This document shows positions 25,385 to 38,570 of a DNA stretch of 64,000 bases, in pieces; the stretch's first letter is position 1; each line of letters starts with the position of its first letter. Below the pieces are notes generated by a model. It made no database searches and was not told where the DNA came from. It saw only the letters and a program-made list of their open reading frames with translations. Made by a program: the position numbers and the translations under genes. This stretch comes from Octopus sinensis (lineage: Eukaryota), in the NCBI RefSeq assembly GCF_006345805.1, contig NC_043007.1, positions 34,286,001 to 34,350,000 of the forward strand, read 5' to 3'.

Positions 25385-25955
25385 ATATCATTGTTCAATT
25401 TTATTTCAAGATTTCTTGCCAATAGAGAAAGAGTCGGTTTCTAACCTAGATCCAAGGTTCCATCATGGGAATTTCAACATCAGTTACAGGGTATTTTTGT
25501 ATGTATGTATGTATGTATGTATGTATGTATGTATGTATGTATGTATGTATGTATGTATGTACGTATATGTGCAGATTTGTATGTTTTGCTTTATGTATGT
25601 ATCCACATGCATATAGTTGCATTTCTAGACATGCTCATATATATATATATATCTATATGATAAACTTCTGGTAAGTTTTACAGATTGTTACAGTTCCAGT
25701 GAAGGATTGGATGTGTAGTATTCGAATTAGCTTACTCCTTTCTGGTTTTTAAGAAGCCTACTTTCTCAAGATTGATATTTATGCAGTGTGTTACATATCC
25801 CAGATCCCTAATAATCGCAGGTATAAAACTGAATTTGTAATCTGGATAGAGTGACTGCACATATCTCAGTAGTTCAACGTAGGTATTCTCTTTATCACTG
25901 ATCTTCAGCTTTATGTTAACATCTACTGGGCAGCTAATTTCCACAATTGTACACA
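25385..25955 (-). mobile_element. 3' end of a second RLE-type LINE family (3' UTR contains (CATA)n)
   Basis: IVEISCPVDVNIKLKISDKENTYVELLR...FIPAIIRDLGYV. Homolog at 59180-59730. Confidence 0.8.
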
Positions 25956-26049
25956 TGTATCTGCCTAATACACACACATGTGCACATGCATGCACGCATA
26001 CATATGCGTTCGTATATATATATATATATATATATATATGTAATTATAT

Positions 26050-26310
26050 GCACGAGAAACGAGAATACATGCATAAAGCAAAACATACAAGTCTGCACAT
26101 ATACGTAAATACATACATACATACATACATACATACATACATACATACATACATACATACATACATACATACATGCATACATACATATATACAGACAAAA
26201 GTACGCTGTTACTGATGTTGAAATTTCAATGAAGGAAACTTAGATCTAGGTTAGAAACCGCCTCTTTCTCTATTGGCAAGAAATCTTGAAATAAAATTGA
26301 ACAATGATAT
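26050..26310 (+). mobile_element. Second copy of the same LINE 3' UTR in inverted, head-to-head orientation
   Basis: Reverse complement of 25385-25630. Confidence 0.8.
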
Positions 26311-26464
26311 ACATACATACATATATATATATGCATATATATATACATGATATACATACATACATATATATATATACATAAACACATACATACATATATA
26401 TAACAAATATACATACATATATATATACTATACATACATACATCATATACATATATATATATAT

Positions 26465-26524
<60 letters not shown>

Positions 26525-26552
26525 TATTATATATATATATTATATATATATT

Positions 26553-26614
<62 letters not shown>

Positions 26615-26626
26615 TATATTATATAT

Positions 26627-26660
<34 letters not shown>

Positions 26661-26799
26661 ATATACAGGAGAGAGTGCTGAAAAGTTCCTGGCTTTGGCT
26701 AAAAGAAAACTGCAAGGGGATCAGTTAATTATGAGTTTATTGAACGTTGTCTTGAGGAATAGATAGATAGATATTACTCAAAGTAATTCCAGCCTCGTC

Positions 26800-27155
26800 T
26801 GATTTTCACGTTTTATTTACAATTTTATAGTGATATAATATAATATAATATAATATAATATAATGAAATGATAGAATATCAAATGTCTATTCTGATTGAA
26901 CTAGTACTTACATGCTTTAAACTACGCAATTTTCAGGTTCATGCAGTAGTGGTGATAGTTATGTTTTACATTTTACAACTGTTGTGAATTCAAAAACTTA
27001 AATGTCGCCACAACTACATGAACGTGAATATTCCATAGATTAATGCTTGAAAGTACTAGTTCAGTCAGAATGGATCTTTAATATTCTATCATTTCATTAT
27101 ATTATATCATATCATTTTATGTTATTATAAGATTGTAAATATAACGTGAAAATCA
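26800..27155. repeat. Diverged inverted repeat with about 150 bp arms
   Basis: gattttcacgtt...gaactagtactt versus aagtactagttc...aacgtgaaaatc. Confidence 0.8.
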
Positions 27156-27204
27156 AAGTTGGAATTTCTTTGAGTAAGATATTCTTCTATACACACACAC
27201 ACTC

Positions 27205-27251
<47 letters not shown>

Positions 27252-27914
27252 CAATGTATGGGTGTTTAATACACACGTGATCTAAGCGATTATGTACGCT
27301 AGGTAAACGCTGTAACGGATTACTGGGGCTCCAAAGTTATAGCCGAGACGTTAGGTATGGAGCCATTGCATATTTTCGATAAAACGGATATATAATTGTT
27401 AAATAGGACATTAAACATTAAGGCAACGCAAACATCTCAAGTTATATACAATATTATTATAGGAAGAAATTCGAAATCTTACAGCTGTTCCTGGGATGTC
27501 CCCGAGTATGGGATATTCCGTCATCAAACACAAATAGGGGGGAGAATGATATATAAATGAGAATGATATATAAAAATGAGATGACAGTTTAGAGGAAGGG
27601 AGTAAAAGAATAGAGAGATGGAAAGAGAGAAGAAAAAGAGGCATAAAACTTCATAGTTCCAATTTCCGAAGTTATAGAAACCAGAGCTTGAGTCCTTAGG
27701 TGCAATCTTGCGTAGATCCATGTGGCTTAAAGTCCTGATATAGTAGACAACCCAAGAAAAGGACGCGAACATATCAAGGTTCAGTAACAAAATGGTAGCG
27801 GAGGTGATTATTAATTGGTAGAAGTATAGAAAAGAAAAGAAATAGAAAAAGAGGTACATAGAGAGAGGTAAGGAGGATTTGAAGGATTGGCTATATGGTA
27901 AAGTAAGGTGCATG

Positions 27915-28339
27915 TACTCTTTACTCTTTACTCTTTACTCTTTTACTTGTTTCAGTCATTTGACTGCGGCCATGCTGGAGCACCGCCTTTAGTCGAGCAA
28001 CTCGACCCCGGGACTTATTCTTTGTAAGCCCAGTACTTATTCTATCGGTCTCTTTTGCCGAACCCCTAAGTGACGAGGACACCAGCATCGGTTTTCAAGC
28101 AATGCTAGGGGGACAAACACAGACACAAACACACACACGCATACATATACATACATATATATATATACATATATACGACAGGCTTCTTTCGTTTCCGTTT
28201 ACCAAATCACACTCACAAGGGCATTGGTCGGCCCGGGTCTATAGCAGAAAACACTTGCCCAAGATGCCACGCAGTGGGACTGAACCCGGAACCATGTGGT
28301 TGGTTAGCAAGCTACTTACCACACAGCCACTCCTGCGCC
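27915..28339 (-). mobile_element. SINE family A
   Basis: Full family consensus present. Confidence 0.93.
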
Positions 28340-28971
28340 CATCATATGTGTATGATGCCTAAGAATTGTGTACGGGGTAGCTGAGAAGATGTGAGAGAGG
28401 ATGAAGAAGTGGAGGAAGATAGGGTAAAAAAGGGAGCGACCTGAAATGAAAGGAATTTAAAGAGAGCAGTAGATGTCTGGTAGTCTCATAGACTAAAGTT
28501 GTTGGGAAGATTTGGTAGTAATTGTTTGTATACGTCCTGGCTAACGTCAGTGGCTGTAGAGTTATATTTAGCAATGGGTTTGTGTGTTGATGTTAAATTA
28601 TTTATGAGTGGTAGTTATTGTTAGGGTTTTATTGTAGATTTATTGGGTTAAGGTTTAAAATAAATTAAAATAAATTAAAATAAGGTTTAAAATAATGTGT
28701 GTGTGTGTGTACGTATGTATGTAAGTACATATAAATCGAAACTTTCTAGAGAACTATCCAAAAGTGGCCAGTGGAATGTAATTAGAATACATAGATGAAC
28801 AAGGCTATATTAAGTGGCGTACATGGTAAATTTTTCATTTCTTGAAATCATCTCTACCTCCAGAACGAGTTAAATAAACACTTAGATACAACTGGCACTG
28901 AATCGTTATGAAAGCGTGAGGAATTCTCAAGAATCAAACATAGAGCCAAGATTGGCATGACATTAATTAAA

Positions 28972-29185
28972 AAGAAAGCTTGATTATCTAGAGACAGCAG
29001 AACAGGTTCTTGGAAACGTATTTCTGCGTCGCTACACTTCATCGGTATAACAGTTGTCCTATGCTATCTCCATCAAACATAGTACTCAGATATATACAAG
29101 TATTAGTACATATCTTTCTAGCCATCTAGATGTATATGTAAATGTAGATATATTTATGTGTGTTTGTGTATGTATGTATGTATTA
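28972..29185. repeat. Monomeric homolog of the 126 bp array unit plus shared 3' flank
   Basis: Matches the unit and the downstream aagtattagta...ctagccatctagatgtatatgtaaatgtag flank. Confidence 0.93.
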
Positions 29186-29236
29186 TTTCTTTAAAGGTCA
29201 CAATACATGTATTAAAGCGCTATCAATAGTTTCATA

Positions 29237-29574
29237 TACTCTTTTACTCTTTTACTTGTTTCAATCATTTGAATGCGGCCATGCTGGAGCACCGCTAAGT
29301 TACTGGGACGTAAACACACCAGCATCGGTTGTCAAGCGATATTGGGGGGAAAACAAAGACACACAAACACACACACACATATGTATATATATATATATAT
29401 ATACATATATACGACGGGCTTCTTTCAGTTTCCGTCTACCAAATCCACTCACAAGACTTTGGTCGGCCTGTGGCTACAGTAGAAGACACTTGCTCAAGGT
29501 GCCACGCAGTGGGACTGAACCTGCAACCATGTGGTTTGTAAGCAGGCTACTTACCACAGAGCTACTCCTACGCC
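29237..29574 (-). mobile_element. SINE family A (internally deleted)
   Basis: Family head and tail present. Confidence 0.9.
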
Positions 29575-29870
29575 TATATGTTGAGAAAACTCAAATATAT
29601 TCTTCAGCCACAAAACATATATCATAACGAAATACAAAAATTAAATAATAGAAGAAACTCGAAAAAAAAACTGAGAAGGCAGCATTTAGAAAACGTTGAC
29701 AGTAAACAACGGAAAACGAAAGACTAAAACTAAAGTCTAAAAAATAAAAAGTAAAACTGTAAAAGCACTATCCTCCTTAGACCTTAAATGATAACGCGGG
29801 AAAGAGGTATCAAGTCAGTCAGGAATAGGCGGAATTTTCCAATTTTTCAAAATATATTTATATATATATA

Positions 29871-30277
29871 GGCGCAGGAGTGGCTGTGTGGTAAGTAGCT
29901 TGCTAACCAACCATATGGTTCCGGGTTCAGTCCCACTGCGTGGCATCTTGGGCAAGTGTCTTCTACTATAGCCTCGGGCCGACCAAAGCCTTGTGAGTGA
30001 TTTGGTAGACGAAACTGAAAGAAGCCTGTCGTATATATGTATATATATATGTATATGTGTGTGTGCGTGTATGTTGTGTTTGTCCCCCTAGCATTGCTTC
30101 ACATCCGATGCTGGTGTGTTTATGTCCCCGTCACTTAGCGGTTCGGCAAAAAGGAGACCGATAGAATAAGTACTGGGCTTACAAAAGAATAAGTCCCGGG
30201 GTCGAGTTGCTCGATTAAAGGCGTGGTCCAGCATGGCCGCAGTCAAATGACTGAAACAAGTAAAAGAGTAAAAGAGT
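29871..30277 (+). mobile_element. SINE family A
   Basis: Full family consensus present. Confidence 0.93.
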
Positions 30278-30284
30278 ATATGTA

Positions 30285-30760
30285 TGCAATCACTGAAAAT
30301 TTCTGACTTGGAGATCATTAGAGAGTTAGAGATCTTAGACCTGAACAGGATCTGCGTTCTTTCAGCCAAACAAAATGTACATTTATTCGATCCATTCACA
30401 TAAGGTATTGATTTCTCAATTACTTCCCATTTAATCACATGCGGTGTTTCCTTATCTTTCGAAGTCCATATGTAGCTAGCCAACGTAGTACTTTACTTTT
30501 GTCCCTATGTCGGAAGAAAGCTATGTGATTGGCATAGCGATTTTTAAATCCACCTTCACATAATGCAATATAGGTCTTCTTATCAGTCGTATTATTATTT
30601 AGGATTGCAGTAACTTCTGCCTCATATGATGGATTTAGTCACACATCGTTACAAGAATATGTTTCAATTTTCTCAACATATGAAATTTTTAGCAGCGCTT
30701 TAATACATGTATTGTGACCTTTAAATGAATATTTATCTCTCAGCAGATGGACTATGTCTT
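30285..30760 (-). mobile_element. Penelope-like GIY-YIG endonuclease C-terminal relic
   Basis: LASYIWTSKD...IKWEVI...PYVNGSNKCTFCLAERTQIL...SKSEIFSDCIH. Confidence 0.75.
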
Positions 30761-31049
30761 TGTTGAATTTTCTATCACGGATCAGTACATGATATATACA
30801 TATGTGTGTGTTCGTGTATGTATATATGCATATATATAATATATATATATATATAATATATATATTATATATATATATAATTTATATATATATAATATAT
30901 ATATATGTATATATATACGTATGCAGTCAGTCACCAGTCAACCAATGAATGCGTTTCTTTTACGCGTTCTCTCTATTTCTGTGGTTCTTTGTTTTATATG
31001 TATGTATGCATATGAATAGGCACAACATATGCATATACATTTGTATGTG

Positions 31050-31083
<34 letters not shown>

Positions 31084-31756
31084 ACATATACGAGACTGAA
31101 TTTCGTACACATATAAAACTAGAAAGCAGACAGAGACAGAGAGACAGAGAAAGAGACAGAGAGACAGAGAATGACTAAAAGCAATGCATTCATTGGTTGA
31201 CGTCTGATGACTGAGTGCTCGTTAATTTGATCAGGCGGGTCAACGTCTCATGAAGAGTAGACAACATCTTGCATAGAGAAACGCTACCAACAGATTTTCT
31301 ACAATTCAATGATCATCCGAAGCACGTAATTCTCCGATTTGACATTTCATTGCCGTTGATATATCGTCACGTGTTCTAATTTTCAGCTTGTATTTTTACT
31401 TTTACTTTTTCTTTTTCTTTTTTTTTCCTTTTTTATTTATTATTATTATTATTATTTTATTTTGTAATCTCTCCGTTTATTTTCGTGATGCTTTCTTGGT
31501 CTCTATTTCTCTCACGTACTATATACATTCAAACCGTACACGTGTATATATGCATGTATATGTGTGCATACACACACCCACTCTCTGCTCTCTCTTTTCT
31601 CTCTCACGCTACGAGCACATATGTATCTATATATAAATATATAGTATATATTATATATATATATATATATATGTATGCATGCATGTATGTATGTATGTAT
31701 AGAGAGAGACAGACAGACTGTTACCGACAGAGGGAGGGAGAGATAGAGATAGATAA

Positions 31757-31798
<42 letters not shown>

Positions 31799-31817
31799 GG
31801 TAGATAGATAGATAGGT

Positions 31818-31875
<58 letters not shown>

Positions 31876-31907
31876 CAGATGATAGATAGATAGATAGATA
31901 GATAGAT

Positions 31908-31962
<55 letters not shown>

Positions 31963-32416
31963 GAGATAGATACATATGTACATATATACATTTATTTATA
32001 TATTTATACATATACATATATATATATATGCGCATATATATACGCACACGCGCACATACATATTGCTGTTTGTCTCTCACTGGCTTTTCTCACCCTCTTT
32101 CACTATCTCTTCCCTCTCTCCTGGTACTTCTCTCTCTTATATAATAAACACCTCTGTGTGATTCTGTTTCGAAGTCTGTATGGAACGTGTAATGCGTTGT
32201 ACAAAACATGTTTAGATGCTGGATTTGCCAATATCTTATATATATATATTTCCTGTGTAAAAATAAGAACGTGTGAAATATGTTCTGACGTACTAGTATT
32301 CACGCTATGGTCACAAGTTATATATATATATATACATACGTACATACATGCATGCATACATGCATGCATACATATATATATATAGATATATATATATACG
32401 TGCTTGTATGCGTGAG

Positions 32417-32457
<41 letters not shown>

Positions 32458-32800
32458 GTGTGTGTGTATGCACACATACACATACAAATGTATATGCATA
32501 TGTATGTGCCTATTCAATATGCATAAATACATAAAAAAACAAAGAAGCACAGAAATAGAGAGTACGGGTGGTAAAGAAACGCATTCATTGGTTGACTGGG
32601 GACTGACCGCATACGTATATATCACTATATATATATATTTATGTGTATATATATATATAATATATATATATATAATAATAATATATATAATATATAATAT
32701 ATCTATATATATATATATATATATATGCATATATACACATAAGACAACAAAAGCCAAGGCTGTGTGTGTAATTTTCAGGACATTTTTAAAGAGAAAGCTA

Positions 32801-32849
32801 GTCTTGCAGCTCTTTCTGGGATATTAGGGATATCCCTCATCAGAGACGA
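32801..32849 (-). ncRNA. Decayed type I hammerhead motif
   Basis: GTCT-CTGATGA-GGGATAT cccta ATATCCC-A-GAAA-GAGCTG-CA-AGAC. Two changes away from GAAA-CAGCTG-TA. Confidence 0.55.
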
Positions 32850-32951
32850 TGTGAGATGGTTAAATAGAGTTCAAAATTCCGCCGAAGTCGATTTTGCCCC
32901 TGCACCACCGAAAATTGCTGGCCTTGTGAAACAATATGAACTCATTACTAA

Positions 32952-33155
32952 GGCGACGAGCTGGCAGAATCGCTAGCATGTCGGGCGTAAAGCTTGGTGG
33001 TATTTTATCCGTCTTTACGTTCTGAGTTCAAATACAGTCTAGATTGACTTTGCTTTTCATCCTTTCGGATCGATAAAATATGTTCTAGACGAGTACTATG
33101 GTCGATGCAATCGAGAATCGCCATCCCCAAAAATTTCAAGCCTTGTGACAATAGC
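32952..33155 (+). mobile_element. Diverged SINE family B
   Basis: Family head and body present. Confidence 0.8.
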
Positions 33156-33180
33156 AGAAATTATTATTATTATTATTATT

Positions 33181-33870
33181 CAGTAGTTTTATTTTTATAT
33201 TGTGCTTTCACTTCACTACCGAGCGCAGCTCTGTGTGCCTTGGGTATGTTGCTGTGTGATTTGTTGTGATGCTCTGATGGTTATTGTATGGAAAGTGTTC
33301 TGCGTAGGTGTGTGCAGTGCCTAGTAGTGCAATTTTCTGTATGTTATTGTGTTTGTAAGTCCTGGTTGTTTTTGTATGTATTTGTTCTGAATATTTTTTT
33401 ATCATGCTAATGCACCTACTATGATAGGAATCGTTTCTGTTTTCAGATCCACATTCTGGGTACCTCTATTTCCAGGTTTGGTATTTGAAAGTTCTCCATT
33501 TCTTTTAGAGACACGTTGTCATCTGCCGGTATTGATACATCAATTAGAAAGCATTTTTTTCCTTCATGATCTTGACAACTATAGATCTGGTCTGGTGGCC
33601 TTAATTTCTCTATCTGTGTGTATCGGCATATCCCAGAGTATGGTTGCGTTCTCGTTTTCTGTGACCTTTTCTGGTGTGTGCCTATACCATCTTATTTCTG
33701 TTGTTATTCATAAAGTTGGCATAGTTTCCAGTGTATTGTAGGTTCCAACTCTGTCATGTCTTGTAAATATATTCCTTCTTAGCCAGGACTGGGCAGCTAG
33801 AGATAATATGATTTATTGTTTCTTGTCCATCTCCACATATCTGCAGTTACTTGTAATATTCTTTTCATTA
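33181..33870 (-). mobile_element. R4/Dong-like LINE 3' portion (RLE domain), flanked by (TAA)n on both sides
   Basis: KEKKCFLIDVSIPADDNVSLKEME...LEIEVPRMW and IQKIALLGTAH. TAA arrays at about 33163-33180 and 33885-33962. Confidence 0.88.
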
Positions 33871-33909
33871 CATGTTTTTGGTAATTATTAATTATTATTA
33901 TTATTATTA

Positions 33910-33943
<34 letters not shown>

Positions 33944-34617
33944 TATTATCATTATTATTATTACGCGATGCTGCAGGCGTCAAACGTATTTGACCATTCT
34001 CTCACATCTCAGCGGACATCTATTAATGAGTAGAAAGAAAGTAGGTAAAGCTAAACAACAAAAAAAATGTAGACAGTAGTTTTGTCTTGTTTATTTATAT
34101 ATTTCTCACAAACCATGTTATTTTTGTAGGAAAAATTTGAAGCCAAGTTCTGTCAGTTTGACATTTCAGTAGAAAACATTCACTGAGTAATTTCGATGTG
34201 ACACACGAGATAATTTCAAGCATTTACAAGACGTTTTTCTCAGCAAATATAAACAATATACACACTGTGTGCCGTATGGTCTGTGTGTTTTTGTCCTCTT
34301 ATGTTTTGTAATTACAAGTCTTAAATTATTTTTTATATTTTTTATGTTGTCCGATGTTTGTTTACAAGAAATTCTTATATAGAGGCTTCGTAAATTATAG
34401 CATCATTATGACGTATTTGAATTATATGAGACTGGGTACATATGTACATGGAAGTCGCATTCACACACGTACGCGTACACGCACGCATGTGCGCTGTTAT
34501 CACTATTAAACACTGGTTTATAAATGTGCGTATTGTTTATCATTCATATACATATGCACATTCATTTTGCACTTATATATATATATGTGCTTCTATGTGT
34601 GTATATATAGTTATATG

Positions 34618-35350
34618 TATCAAGTCATCCCATAAGTTATGTCCGAATTTTGAATAAAGAAAACAAGTGATCAATTGTTATATTTAATTGAAATTTAATC
34701 ATCAATGTACTTTCCTTGATTATCTGTGACTTTCCTCCATCTATTTACAAGCTTTTTAATCCCATCAATGTAAAACTCTTTTGGTTTCAAAGCAAAGAAC
34801 TCTGAAATACCAGTTTCGACCTCTTCCTGGCTTGCGAAAGTTACATCCCTCAAATGGTTCTGTAAACTATGAAACAAATGGTAGTCTGAAGGAGCAAGGT
34901 CGGGAGAATAAGGTGGATGAGGAATTTTTTTCCCAACCAAGCTCTTCGATCTTCTGTGATGTGATCTTTGCAGTGTGGGGTCGCGCATTGTCCTGATGCG
35001 GGTCTTTTTCCTTCAAAGCTTGGTTCAAACGCTCTAATTTCTGACAGCTGACTTGAGCATTGATTGTTTGCATTAGATGGTAACAATTCAAAGTGAATTA
35101 CTCCCTTGCAATAACACCAGATAGAGAGAAGAACCTTTTTCCCACGAAGTTCCCTTCTCGGTTGTGGTTGAGCTTTTTCCCGTTTACCAAGCCACTGTTT
35201 CCGACGTTTAACATTTCGATAGAAGACCCATTTTTGTCACCAGTCACAAGTCTATCCAAAAAGGGTGAAATGAGTTCGCAAGAATGGCGAGATGAGCAAA
35301 TGTCAACTCGGGATTTGCGGTTGCTTTCGGACAATTCATGAGGCACCAAT
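34618..35350 (-). mobile_element. Mariner (DD34D) 3' two-thirds, decayed
   Basis: VPHELSE...FLDRLVTGDK, HQDNARPHTA, PHPPYSPDLAPSDYHLFHSLQNHL. Confidence 0.92.
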
Positions 35351-35594
35351 TTTCAAGTATAATAAATAAATAAATAAATAAAGATATACACTCACACACA
35401 CACACACACGCACGCACATCGTACAATATATTTGCCAACTACATGTGGCGGTCCCATAGAGGACGATGTTACTGTTGCTTTTAATGACTTCCTGGGGCTA
35501 AAAACAACAGTAACATCGTCCTCTATAGGACCGCCACATTTAGTTGGCAAATATATTTTACGATGTGTGTACATGTATATATATAACTATGTAC

Positions 35595-35630
<36 letters not shown>

Positions 35631-35740
35631 GTATACATATATATATATTCATTCATGAAATGTATGTCGAAACGAATGTAGCTAAAGAGTTATACGTAAT
35701 ATGATAAACCTCTGTCTTCGACTTATGTATGTCTGTATGT

Positions 35741-35968
35741 AGAGGCACGTGGCTTAGTGGTTATGATATCGCATTCCTGATCATATGATTTCTGGACTGA
35801 GCGATGCGCTCTTGACCAAAAATACTTCAATTCACAATGTTGCAGTCCGCTCAGCTGGCAAACAGTGTGTAACCCTGCGACGGACCGGTTTCCTGTCCAG
35901 TGAGTGGGATTAATACATATACCACAAAATCTGGGAAACCGGCCTTATCAGTCTATGGCTTGGAAAGC
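35741..35968 (+). mobile_element. Old CORE-like SINE
   Basis: TGGCTTAGTGG A-box, a decayed CORE block, and tail gggaaaccggccttat (similar tail on the minus strand at about 49140-49235). Confidence 0.55.
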
Positions 35969-36095
35969 TCCTTTGATCTTCCTTCTGCTCTATTTATTCA
36001 ATATGCACGATATTTTGTAATACGTGATTTACTCGTTATTCTAAATTATCTTATTTCCTACCGTAAATACTTTACCTAATGTTACAGATGTATTA

Positions 36096-36195
36096 NNNNN
36101 NNNNNNNNNNNNNNNNNNNNNNNNNNNNNNNNNNNNNNNNNNNNNNNNNNNNNNNNNNNNNNNNNNNNNNNNNNNNNNNNNNNNNNNNNNNNNNN
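36096..36195. other. Assembly gap (100 N)
   Basis: Run of N. Confidence 1.
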
Positions 36196-36452
36196 TACTT
36201 GAATTTGTGAGATACCATAGTGACTTAAAATTTCACTGTATTTAGGTTAAACGTTACGGTAAGCTTTCATAATCTGGAACGGAAGGACAGTATGCAACTG
36301 TTAGCTACGGCTGTCGACTGCCCAATGAACATTTCATAAGTTCAGTCAGATGCTTCCTGGCGAGTTCATGTCCAAACAAGTAAGAGCAGGTTTTGCGTTG
36401 CGAAAACGCAACCAGGGGTATATATGGTTTAAGCTTAATTGTCGTATGTGTC

Positions 36453-36519
<67 letters not shown>

Positions 36520-37199
36520 TATTTGTCTTTGGAGTTCTGTTCTAAAAATAGCCAAAATTTAAAGTTTGACGATAGCAGGACAGTGGCTAGCTGCCCTTTG
36601 AAGAATTTAGGTCAAATACTACCATGCACCAAAGTAATTAATATTGGTTTTTAGACTCTGGATGTTGTTTTTACTCTCTATCTACTTGCCGACGTTAAAA
36701 AAAAATATAGAATATATATGATTTTGATTTTTCCAGTTTCAGCTCATGAGCTGTGGCCATGCTGGGGCACCGCCTTGTATATATTTATTAATTTTTTAGT
36801 ACCCAAATCTAATTATTTTATTTCTACGGATTTAGTCCGTTTGGCTGCCAGCATCAATTCTGTTCGAATTGATTTCATATTCAGTGTAATGATACACCTT
36901 TATAGGCTAATGAATTACGTGAAAATCATTTTCGCTATAAATCAATAAATAAAGAATCAGCAGTTAAAGTTTGAAAAATTTGGTAATTTTAGCCAATCGT
37001 AAAGCACAGACACATTCATGCCTGTTCCCATAGTAACAAGCAGAACATGAGAACTATTTTGTCTGCGAGAAAGCAAGTGCCTGTTTCCATAGTAACAAAT
37101 GGAACTGAGAACACTTTTATCTGCGAGAAAGCACGTGTTGGCAAGTTGTATTTTGTTGGAAATTTTTACTGTTTAATTATTGTAACCTTGCTTCTATGA

Positions 37200-38570
37200 T
37201 AAAGACACTGAAAACAGTGGCGGATGCTGTGCCGTACCTTCAAGAAACGGGTGTTAAGACCAAAAGAAAATTATGGAAAAGGAAGAGGCTTGTTATCTGT
37301 ACAAAAAGACGTCATGGGAACATGTACTGGTGATGCTCGCACTGAGAATACATGGAGTCTGTGTCTGCGAGGAAAGATACATGGTTTGAAGGTGGCACCC
37401 TTCCTCTTAGGACTGTAGTACTCTTCCTTTTCTGTCCGGTATTGAAGAATTGGGGATGGGCCGTAACCGGAAGATTGTTGAGATCGACGAAACAGTCTTT
37501 TCAAGACGTAAGTACAGCCGAAGAAGGGTCCTACCTGAGCTGTGGGTTTTCGGAGGAGTGTATCGCGAGGCGATATGGGTTTTTCTGTATGCAGTGCCAC
37601 GTCGGAATCGTGACACACTGGAAAAATGCATACGTCACTCGATTCGGATGATCCCTTGATTCTTCCAGAAACCACAATTTTCAGCGATTTATGGAGGGCG
37701 CACCCCCACATTCCTGAAATTGATGGTTACAATTTTGAGCATAGAACGGTGAACCACAGCGTTGGGTTTGTTAACCAGAAAGATGGTACCCACACTCAAC
37801 AAACGGAGAGTACGTGGGCCTCTGCGAAGCGAGATAATAAATGACGCTGTGGCATTCACCGTTCTTATTTCTTTATTGCCCACAAGGGGCTACATACAGA
37901 GGGGACAAACAAGGACAGACTAACGGATTAAGTCGATTACATCGACTCCAGTGCGTAACTGGTACTTAATTTATCGACTCCGAAAGGATGAAAGGCAAAG
38001 TCGACCTCGACGGAATTTGAACTCAGAACGTAGCGGTAGACGAAATACCTATATCTTTACTACCCAGAAGGGGCTAAACACAGAGGGGACAAACAAGGAT
38101 AGACAAAGGAATTAAGTCGATGACATTGATCCCCATTGCGTAACTGGTACTTAATTTATAGACCCCGAAAGGATGAAAGGCAAAGTCGACCTCGACGGAA
38201 TTTGAACTCAGAACGTAGCAGCAGACGAAATACCTATTTCTTTATTACCCAGAAGGGGCTAAACACAGAGAGGACAAACAAGGATAGACAAAGGGATTAA
38301 GTCGATGACATTGATCCCCATTGCGTAACTGGTACTTAATTTATCGACCCCGAAAGGATGAAAGGCAAAGTCGACCTCGACGGAATTTGAACTCAGAACG
38401 TAGCAGCAGACGAAATACCGCTAAGCATTTCGCCCGCCGTGCTAACGATTCTGCCAGCTCGCCGTTCTTGGTAGATTCATATCTCTGTGAAGTTATGTGG
38501 CACAGGAGATACGAAAATTCTGATTTATTTGAGAAATTGATTGAAAGCATTTATAACTTACGTTTTTAAT
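37200..38570 (+). mobile_element. Merlin (IS1016/IS1595-like) transposase relic interrupted by a SINE trimer
   Basis: KIVEIDETVFSRRKY...WVFGG, ILPETTIFSDLWRA, HRTVNHS...GTHTQQTESTW. It resumes after the SINE as VDSYLCEVMWHRRY. Confidence 0.88.
37866..38463 (-). mobile_element. SINE family B trimer (one 44 bp head plus three 184-185 bp bodies)
   Basis: Body starts at 37866, 38050 and 38235. Flanked by (cc)gttctt on both sides. Confidence 0.93.

Noticed and set aside
31204-31225. Other CTGATGA hits (31204, 42211, 16284 minus, 9034 minus)
   Set aside because: They lack a correctly placed GAAA and complementary stem I.
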